Assembly (NCBI GenBank): GCA_002269645.1
Contig: NIVC01004113.1
Coordinates: forward strand, 1 to 60,269
DNA: 60,269 nt
DNA from: Macrostomum lignano
Taxonomy: Eukaryota
Direction: 5' to 3'
The notes beneath the pieces were generated by a model. It saw only the letters and a list, made by a program, of their open reading frames with translations, made no database searches and had not been told where the DNA came from. Positions 52,718-60,269 of the stretch are shown in pieces; position 1 is the stretch's first letter, and every line of letters starts with the position of its first letter. The position numbers and the translations under genes were made by a program.

Positions 52718-53763
52718 GATTATATCTATTTATCTATCCATCCATCACATACTCAAGTGAAGCCTCACCTGCCAAGAGTCTTGCTCACAGTATAGTGCTC
52801 GGTAACACAGGCTGGATACTGTTTCTGCAGGATGGCATCGAATTCTATATAGGTCCAAGCTTTATTTGTGTTAACTGCCAATGATATCTCATCATTATTG
52901 GCTAGCACTCTAGAGCGATTGCGACCTAAAGACGGATAGAAAAAAAGCATTATTTTCTAGCCCAGTGTTTGCAGGCATTCTACAAGTAGTTGATAATAAT
53001 AGAGTTCAACTTACCAACTTTTTGGCCATTAACAAACGTGCCATTGCTACTAAGGTCCTTCAGCTGGGTGTGAAACGAGCCGTCGTTAGCTTTAACCTAC
53101 AATTTCTTCATGCACTATAAGCTATGTCTCGGCCGGATAATAATGTCAAATAAATGTAATAATGTATGTGCTAACTTACCGCTTAATCTCCAAGTGCGTC
53201 TGAGAATAAGTCAGTAGATGCGGATCGTCGGAAACACTGAGAACGTGGCTGCAGTTCAAGTTCCTTCCAATCACCACTTTTTCGTCCTCTTTCAAGTCTG
53301 CGAATATTGGATTTATTGGATGCAGTAAAACAAACAGCTGTAGAACTTTCCATACGCTAAATTACTAAGTAAACACTTATTGATGGCTTTGAGTTTGAGT
53401 ATCTTACTCCAAATTCATTGGGTATGGCTTAACAAACTCGCTTAACTTTGATTTTTTAAGCTGAAATTTCCGTTTATAAATAGATTTTGAAAAATTCTTT
53501 AAAAAATATAAAGCTTTTCTGAAATTTATAATTTTCAAGAATAAGCTTTTTTGGTTTTCGATTTTTAAGAATCAATATTCCCTGACAAAATGTATTTATA
53601 TCCAAGAACTGTTGCCCCACCAATCACAACTCACAGATATTCTCAAAATGACCTCGCAGACTGAACAGTCTACCATAGCAGTCTGGCGGGTGGCGAGTTG
53701 CTCGGCCTCACCGCCCTCTTCCAACTCGTCCACAGCCTGGGTGCCAACAATCGGAGCTGACAT
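40131..53763 (-). CDS. CHEK2: Checkpoint kinase 2 (FHA + Ser/Thr kinase), about 526 aa
   Basis: Exons: 53763-53635; 53297-53180 (VVIGR..YSQTH); 53096-53015 (DLSSNGTFVNG); 52925-52769; 52598-52377 (GAFGEVKLVFE..MKIISK); 52266-52158 (EGGELFDR); 41589-41551 (HRDLK); 41455-41244 (DFG..RTFCGT..APE..DVWSLG); 40641-40131 (LAGYPPF..RKRP NLS). Needs two 1-nt insertions in homopolymer runs (about 53689 and 53180). Confidence 0.92.
40680..41215. repeat. 32-bp minisatellite in the last CHK2 intron
   Basis: Unit GCATAGGGAACAGCAATGGATCCCCGATTGTG, about 16 copies. Confidence 0.93.
42064..42358 (+). repeat. 57-bp in-frame tandem repeat x5 (ARNFDYLVEATMNFKMLRI)
   Basis: Units at 42064, 42121, 42178, 42235 and 42292. 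Confidence 0.92.
42985..43400 (+). mobile_element. 3' end of a Penelope-like retroelement (GIY-YIG C-terminus plus pLTR with hammerhead)
   Basis: SAVYDHLLMC..FEII..ALYIKQLKPTMNIQ (frameshifted), then a hammerhead motif and AATAAA at about 43356. Confidence 0.75.
43303..43348 (+). ncRNA. Minimal type I hammerhead ribozyme
   Basis: CTGAAGA (43309), stem II GCCGA-GTGT-TCGGC, GAAA, palindromic stem III ACATGT, cleavage triplet GTC (43338-40); stem I is only 3 bp. Confidence 0.72.
43985..44130 (+). pseudogene. Mariner transposase fragment
   Basis: IETEVGISLRTIRTILHSRFNLSKISA, then WVPHHLT after a frameshift. Confidence 0.7.
45122..48246. mobile_element. Non-autonomous TIR DNA transposon (CCCAG...CTGGG termini, TA TSD), about 3.1 kb
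   Basis: CCCAGTGGCAAAGCCGAGCTCGG matches the reverse complement at 48224-48246; flanked by TA; subterminal CCGAGCTCGG/CCGAC palindromes. Confidence 0.75.
49412..49944 (-). mobile_element. Internally deleted IR/DR-type Tc1-like transposon
   Basis: ~50-bp near-perfect outer inverted repeats; the DR GGCATTCAAATTAGAC occurs twice at each end; HTH remnant ISREKRDLIIGACQRGDSVAEIANMLDVKRSSVY. Confidence 0.75.
50170..50433 (+). pseudogene. CryptonA-like (KCTD1/ZMYM/QRICH1-related, DUF3504-associated) fragment
   Basis: RFATLSTDEI..IPPNTRRKELWAVRIFDQW..LLKMFILEVRKVDGTKY. Confidence 0.7.
51280..52020 (+). pseudogene. hAT transposase remnant
   Basis: DIVACTTDAAAIMVKF*RLIGSEQHLCFAYGVHLAV and LLDVRTRWNS motifs, with stops and frameshifts. 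Confidence 0.75.
52635..52745. repeat. (CTAT)n microsatellite in a CHK2 intron
   Basis: Direct reading. Confidence 0.9.
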
Positions 53764-53914
53764 GCCAGGTAAGCTTGGAACTAGAAGCAGAAACAGAGCT
53801 ATTCAGATATGACTAGATGCTTAGGCAATTCTGATATGCAATGATCATGATTTTATGTCGGACTTAATCACTAATCTCTGGGCTAAAGCAATTGCCAAGG
53901 CTCGGGGGCGGGGA

Positions 53915-55205
53915 TGCTGATATGCCAAGTCTCAAGGAGAGAATACCGAGATGCCCAAGTCTCAAGGGGGAATGCTGAGATGCCCAAGTCTCAAGGGGAA
54001 TGCTGAGATGCCCAAGTCTCAAGGGGAATGCTGAGATGCCCAAGTCTCAAGGGGAATGCTGAGATGCCCAAGTCTCAAGGGGGAATGCTGAGATGCCCAA
54101 GTCTCAAGGGGGAATGCTGAGATGCCCAAGTCTCAAGGGGGAATGCTGAGATGCCCAAGTCTCAAGGAGAGAATGCTGAGATGCCCAAGTCTCAAGGGGG
54201 AATGCTGAGATGCCCAAGTCTCAAGGGGGAATGCTGAGATGCCCAAGTCTCAAGGAGAGAATGCTGAGATGCCTAAGTCTCAAGGAGAGAATGCTGAGAT
54301 GCCCAAGTCTCAAGGGGGAATGCTAAGATGCCCAAGTCTCAAGGGGGAATGCTGAGATGCCCAAGTCTCAAGGAGAGAATACCGAGATGCCCAAGTCTCA
54401 AGGGGAATGCTGAGATGCCCAAGTCTCAAGGGGGAATGCTGAGATGCCCAAGTCTCAAGGAGAGAATACTGAGATGCCCAAGTCTCAAGAAGGAATGCTG
54501 AGATGCCCAAGTCTCAAGGAGAGAATGCTGAGATGCCCAAGTCTCAAGGAGAGATTGCTGAGATGCCAATGTCTGAAGGGGGAATTGCTGATAAGCCAAG
54601 GCTCAAGGGGATTTGCTGAGATGCCCAAGTCTCAAGGAGAGAATGCTGAGATGCCAAGTCTCAAGGAGAGATTGCTGAGATGCCAAGGCTCAAGGAGAGA
54701 ATGCTAAGATGACAAGTCTCAAGGGGAACTGCTGAGATGCCCAAGTCTCAAGGGGGAATGCTGAGATGCCCAAGTCTCAAGGGGGAATTCTGAGATTCCC
54801 AAGTCTCAAGGAGAGAATGCAAGATGACAAGTCTCAAGGAGAGAATGCTAAGATGACAAGTCTCAAGGAGAGAATGCTGAGATGCCCAAGTCTCAAGGAG
54901 AGAATGCTGAGATGCCAAGGCTCGAGGAGAGATTGCTGAGATGCCAAAGTCTGAAGAGGGAATTGCTGATAAGCCAAGGCTCAAGGGGGAATTGCTGATA
55001 AGCTAAGGCTCAAGGGGGAATTGCTGATAAGCCAAGGCTCAAGGGGGAATTGCTGATAAGCCAAGGCTCAAGGGGGAATTGCTGATAAGCCAAGGCTCAA
55101 GGGGGAATTGCTGATAAGCCAAGGCTCAAGGGGGAATTGCTGATAAGCCAAGGCTCAAGGGGAATTGCTGATAAGCCAAGGCTCAAGGGGGAATTGCTGA
55201 GATGC
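53915..55205. repeat. 29-bp minisatellite (GCTGAGATGCCCAAGTCTCAAGGGGGAAT)n between MRM2 and CHK2
   Basis: Direct reading. Confidence 0.92.
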
Positions 55206-55604
55206 ATTCGGTGATAGCCTTATTTTATTTGGTGCCTCCACAACAGGTGTTTAAATTCCTAGGATTATATATAAAAATAAAGGTTTACGCCAATGTTTGA
55301 ATTTATACCAGACAAATGCAAATAATTTTATATTTTACAAATTATACAGAACTAAAAGCTCAATCACACAAAAACTAAAATTTAAATTAAATATAGAAAT
55401 GCTGGAATACAGACAGTGTGTTAAAGTTGATCAGAAAATTACCAGTTTTGATAACAGATGGCACTCGATATTGCAGAGTAATCTCTTTATGTATTCGAAT
55501 TTAAACAGGCGACTGAATAGTAAAGAAACAAATGATGGCATTTCGTCGCTGCTGTCTTCGAGCGTAAAAGCTGACAGAACAGTCTATCGCTGACTTCACA
55601 ACAT

Positions 55605-55930
55605 GAAGTGCCAGTCCCACTGCCCTAAGGGTGCCATGCCAGTCCCACTGCCCTAAGGGTGCCATGCCAGTCCCACTGCCCTAAGGGTGCCATGCCAGTC
55701 CCACTGCCCTAAGGGTGCCATGCCAGTCCCACTGCCCTAAGGGTGCCATGCCAGTCCCACTGCCCTAAGGTGCCATGCCAGTCCCACTGCCCTAAGGGTG
55801 CCATGCCAGTCCCACTGCCCTAAGGGTGCCATGCCAGTCCCACTGCCCTAAGGGTGCCATGCCAGTCCCACTGCCCTAAGGGTGCCATGCCAGTCCCACT
55901 GCCCTAAGGGTGCCATGCCAGTCCCACTGT
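55605..55930. repeat. 28-bp minisatellite (GCCAGTCCCACTGCCCTAAGGGTGCCAT)n
   Basis: Direct reading; about 11 copies. Confidence 0.92.
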
Positions 55931-55954
55931 CTGATCCTACATATAGGAGCTACT

Positions 55955-56460
55955 CAAGAGTGCCAGTCACACTGCCTGATCCTAGTAGAGCTCAAGAGTG
56001 CCAGTCACACTGCCTGATCTTATTAGAGCTACTCAAGAGTGCCAGTCACACTGCCTGATCTTATTAGAGCTACTCAAGAGTGCCAGTCACACTGCCTGAT
56101 CTTATTAGAGCTACTCAAGAGTGCCAGTCACACTGCCTGATCACAGTAGAGCTACTCAAGAGTGCCAGTCACACTGCCTGATCACAGTAGAGCTACTCAA
56201 GAGTGCCAGTCACACTGCCTGATCACAGTAGAGCTACTCAAGAGTGCCAGTCACACTGCCTGATCATAGTAGAGCTACTCAAGAGTGCCAGTCACACTGC
56301 CTGATCACAGTAGAGCTACTCAAGAGTGCCAGTCACATTGCCTGATCACAGTAGAGCTACTCAAGAGTGCCAGTCACATTGCCTGATCACAGTAGAGCTA
56401 CTCAAGAGTGCCAGTCACACTGCCTGATCACACTAGAGCTACTCAAGAGTGCCAGTCACG
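55955..56460. repeat. 41-bp minisatellite (GAGTGCCAGTCACACTGCCTGATCACAGTAGAGCTACTCAA)n
   Basis: Direct reading; about 12 copies. Confidence 0.92.
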
Positions 56461-56472
56461 CTCACAAGTCAG

Positions 56473-57935
56473 TCAGGCAGACGGCAGTTGGAGGCCGCGG
56501 GCAACAAAGTAGAACTCGGCTGAGTCGCCCCTGCTAGCCGGCGGTTTGACTCGCCGCACGCCACCAGTAAAGAATCGATGCAGCGGCGCCTCTAGGCGCG
56601 CGGTCTCCGCGCCGTCCCAAAGTTTGCAGACAAAGCCGGAGCCCGGCCGGCCCAGACGAAGGCACAGCTGAAGCGCCAATTCGCAGAGTTCAACGCAGAC
56701 GGCGGAGTCGAGACTACGCTCGCCGGAAGCGCTCGGCGCCATGTCGGAGAGCACCCAATCGACTGGTCGGTCCGTCAGAGCTTCTCGCAGCGATGCCAGA
56801 CACTGGGCAGATCGGATGTCCACCTCGGAGAGGCAGACGGCATTCGGCACTGGGGCGATGTGTTGAAGGTCGAATGCTACGATCAGGGCCTGGCTGCGAG
56901 CCGGCTCCGGAACCTGGTAGAATGTGTTGGGGAGACTGAGAAAGTGACAGACAATGACCTTGAATTGAGCTCCCAAAAATAAAATATTTCCAGTTTATAT
57001 TTTTAGGCCGATGTGCAACCGACAGCGGCGCATCTGAAGGCTGAGTACGGCTGTTCAGTCCAAGGATTGGGGGGTCGCCACACTCCACATACACCCACAA
57101 TTATCCCAGTTGATGCTGGCCCCCATTTTACAGCTGGATGAACTGAAGCAATGCAGACTTAAGTGTCTTGCTCAAAAATACAAATCGTTCCGAGTGGGAT
57201 CGGGAATCGAACAAGCGACATTTCAGTCGTAAGTCCGATGCTCTAACCACTAGGCTACAAGCCCTAGGCTACAACCCCTCACTAAGCTACAACCCCTCAC
57301 TAGGCTACAACCCCTCACTAAGCTACAACCCCACACTAAGCTACAACCCTCACTAGGCTACAACCCTTCACTAGGCTACAACCCCTCACTAAGCTACAAC
57401 CCCTCACTAAGCTACAACCCCTCACTAAGCTACAACCCCTCACTAGGCTACAACCCTTCACTAGGCTACAACCCCTCACTAAGCTACAACCCCTCACTAA
57501 GCTACAACCCCTCACTAAGCTACAACCCCTCACTAGGCTACAACCCCGATGAATAAAATACGAACAGAAGCAAGCCTGCCGGGAGATAAGGTTAGCTATA
57601 GTAATAAAAAACATGAGGCAAACCTGGGGTCCTTTGAGCTGCCTAGCGAGCACTTGAGTCCAGGAGCCGGGAGCGGCGCCGCACTCAACAATGCACTGGC
57701 CGGGCTGGAAGAGGTTCAGCTTCTCGTGCATCTCCATCAATTTGTAGGCGCTGCGGCATCTGTAGGACTCGTAGCGGGCCTTGCGCACGTAAACATCGCG
57801 GAGCTGCCGGACAACCCACGGATTGCCGGGATTGCGGATTGCGCAATAGGCGCGGCGCTGCAACAGCAGAGTTTGGGAGCTGATTATTGACTTGGCTCGG
57901 CTCCTTATTGAAATATTCTGTGTGGAGGATATACG
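56473..57935 (-). CDS. MRM2: Mitochondrial rRNA 2'-O-methyltransferase (FtsJ/RrmJ family)
   Basis: Exon 57935-57624 (WVVRQLRDVYVRKARYESYRCRSAYKL..ECGAAPGSW) and exon 56913-56473 (VLSDMAP..VCKLWDG..VKPPASRGDSAEFY). The K-D-K-E tetrad is intact. Start codon unresolved. Confidence 0.9.
57187..57270 (-). pseudogene. tRNA-like sequence (tRNA pseudogene or SINE head) in the MRM2 intron
   Basis: TAGCCTAGTGGTTAGAGCA (A box) and GTTCGATTCC (B box); imperfect anticodon arm with CTTACGA loop. Confidence 0.6.
57250..57548 (-). repeat. 18-bp tandem repeat of the tRNA 5' end/A box (GGGGTTGTAGCYTAGTGA)n
   Basis: Runs directly into the tRNA-like head; about 16 copies. Confidence 0.85.
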
Positions 57936-57957
57936 CTGTAGGATTATACTGGAGTAT

Positions 57958-59298
57958 GGGGCCCAGCAACTAAGGATCTGGGAAGCTGGCCAGTAACTGA
58001 GGGTCTGAGAAGCTGGCCCAACAACTGAGGGTCTGGGAAGCTGGCCCAGCAACTGAGGATCTGGGAGGCTGGCCCAGCAACTGAGGGTCTGGGAGGCTGG
58101 CCCAACAGCTGAGGGTCTGGGAGGCTGGCCCAGCAACTGAGGGTCTGGTAGACTGGCCCAGCAACCGAGGATCTGGGAAGCTGGCCCAGTAACTGAGGGT
58201 CTGAGAAGCTGGCCCAACAACTGAGGGTCTGGGAAGCTGGCCCAGCAACTGAGGATCTGGGAGGCTGGCCCAGCAACTGAGGGTCTGGGAGGCTGGCCCA
58301 GCAACTGAGGGTCTGGGAGGCTGGCCCAGCAACTGAGGGTCTGGGAGGTTGGCCCAGCAACTGAGGATCTGGGAGGCTGGCCCAGCAACTGAGGGTCTGG
58401 GAAGCTGGCCCAGTAACTGAGGGTCTGAGAAGCTGGCCCAACAACTGAGGGTCTGGGAGGCTGGCCCAGCAACTGAGGGTCTGGTAGACTGGCCAGCAAC
58501 CGAGGGTCTGGTAGACTGGCCCAGCAACCGAGGGTCTGGGAAGCTGGCCCAGCAACTGAGGGTCTGGGAGGCTGGCCCAGCAACTGAGGGTCTGGGAGGC
58601 TGGCCCAGCAACTGAGGGTCTGGGAAGCTGGCCCAGTAACTGAGGGTCTGAGAAGCTGGCCCAACAACTGAGGGTCTGGGAGGCTGGCCCAGCAACTGAG
58701 GGTCTGGTAGACTGGCCCAGCAACCGAGGGTCTGGTAGACTGGCCCAGCAACCGAGGGTCTGGGAAGCTGGCCAGCAACTGAGGGTCTGGGAGGCTGGCC
58801 CAGCAACTGAGGGTCTGGGAGGCTGGCCCAGCAACTGAGGGTCTGGGAGGCTGGCCCAACAGCTGAGGGTCTGGGAGGCTGGCCAGCAACTGAGGGTCTG
58901 GTAGACTGGCCCAGCAACCGAGGGTCTGGGAAGCTGGCCCAGCAACTGAGGGTCTGGGAGGCTGGCCCAGCAACTGAGGGTCTGGGAGGCTGGCCCAGCA
59001 ACTGAGGGTCTGGGAGGCTGGCCCAACAGCTGAGGGTCTGGGAGGCTGGCCAGCAACTGAGGGTCTGGTAGACTGGCCCAGCAACCGAGGGTCTGGGAAG
59101 CTGGCCAGCAACCGAGGGTCTGGGAAGCTGGCCCAGCAACTGAGGGTCTGGGAGGCTGGCCCAGCAACTGAGGGTCTGGGAGGCTGGCCAGCAACTGAGG
59201 GTCTGGGAGGCTGGCCCAGCAACTGAGGGTCTGGGAAGCTGGCCCAGCAACTGAGGATCTGGGAGGCTGGCCCAGTAACTGAGGATCTGGGAGGCTGG
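57958..59298. repeat. 28-bp minisatellite (GGCCCAGCAACTGAGGGTCTGGGAGGCT)n upstream of MRM2
   Basis: Direct reading; no stop codons on the minus strand, hence three long ORFs. Confidence 0.93.
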
Positions 59299-59879
59299 CG
59301 GTGGCCCAGCTCGAGGGTCGGTGAGGTTGGAAACTGAGCTGTAATACAATCACTCGTAAATATTGGTTCATCACGCATATTCCTATATCCCATCTGTGCA
59401 AAAATAAAAAATATATTCTGCTCAGAAAAGCAATTAATCAACCAACAGACACAGTGCGGCAAACGCAGGTATTTGACTATATATTTATTTTCAAGTTCAA
59501 CAAGGTAAAAGCACATATCACAAGACAGTATACCAGAGTTTTACTATGCATCGATTAATATTTATTATGGACAATAGCTATTATTAGACAATGGTTTATA
59601 ACATTTATATAATAAATCTGGGTTAGTTATGCTTGTTTTGTTCCTTGAGCACACAATGACTAATGCAATATAAATATGAAGCTAAAAAAAGCATCAATTA
59701 CAAGCGCTCCTCAGGTCATATATTATCATGAATGCTAGAGAACATCAGAAAACTTAAAAGAAACGAATTAACAAAGTTGAACACGGTTTGTACAGATGGA
59801 TAAACCAAAGCGTTGCAAAGTATTTTGGAATTCTGCTGATCATATATCTATCAATCAGATCAGAAACTTTAACTAAAAC

Positions 59880-60269
59880 TTTGGGATCCCGATCAGATGA
59901 TTGGCGCATCGGGATTCTGAGGTCTCAATTAGGGATCCGATCAGATGATTGGCCATCGGGATTCTGAGGTCTCAATTAGGGATCCCGATCAGGTGATTGG
60001 CCATCGGGATTCTGAGGTCTCAATTAGGGATCCGATCAGGTGATTGGCCATCGGGATTATGAAGTCCCAATTAGGGATCCCGATGGCAGGTGATTGGCCA
60101 TCGGGATTCTAAGGTCTCAATTAGGGATCCCGATCAGGTGATTGCCATCGGGATTATGAGGTCTCAATTAGGGATCCCGATCAGGTGATTGGCCATCGGG
60201 ATTCTGAGGTCTCAATTAGGGATCCGATCAGTGATTGGCCATCGGGATTCTGAGGTCTCAATTAGGGAT
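59880..60269. repeat. 47-48-bp minisatellite running off the window end
   Basis: Unit GATTGGCCATCGGGATTCTGAGGTCTCAATTAGGGATCCCGATCAGGT. Confidence 0.9.

Noticed and set aside
57336-59516. 726-aa ORF fusing the 28-bp array to MRM2, with CAG|ATG at 59393 in frame
   Set aside because: The array is stop-free in all minus frames, so in-frame fusion has about a 1-in-3 chance. A ~480-aa repetitive N-terminus would bury the presequence. It cannot be fully excluded without cDNA.
55605-60269. 28-48-bp repeat arrays as CRISPR
   Set aside because: Head-to-tail units with no unique spacers, no cas genes, eukaryotic context
59880-60269. TTAGGG in each 48-bp unit as telomeric repeat
   Set aside because: One hexamer per unit, not a tandem telomere tract

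Overview
Repeat-rich eukaryotic DNA with GT-AG introns and GC-rich exons, where nearly every long intron is filled by its own minisatellite. The style suggests a flatworm such as Macrostomum; this is inference, not a database match. I rebuilt the host genes by hand from splice signals: a kexin/furin-type proprotein convertase (+, 3057-10745), a secreted C-type lectin with a PAN-like domain (-), two tandem 3-exon globins (-), CHK2 kinase (-, 40131-53763) and mitochondrial rRNA methyltransferase MRM2 (-). The standout is a 6.2-kb Polinton/Maverick (adintovirus-like) derivative at 25036-31238, with ~217-bp TIRs and a perfect 6-bp TSD (CGCGCT). It encodes a tandem PC4-like protein, an integrase with chromodomain, a penton, a basic core protein and a truncated hexon, but no polymerase, ATPase or protease. 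Its right end is a complete 0.83-kb mini-element. It inserted two codons before a globin stop codon, and its TIR supplies the new stop. Other notable items: satellites amplified from functional motifs (5' splice sites, a tRNA A-box), a Penelope-type hammerhead ribozyme, an MRM2 gene with no adjacent genomic ATG that may use a spliced-leader AUG, a possible MRM2-CHK2 operon, and many transposon remnants in one CHK2 intron. Most long ORFs in the supplied track are satellite artefacts. Repeat boundaries are approximate.
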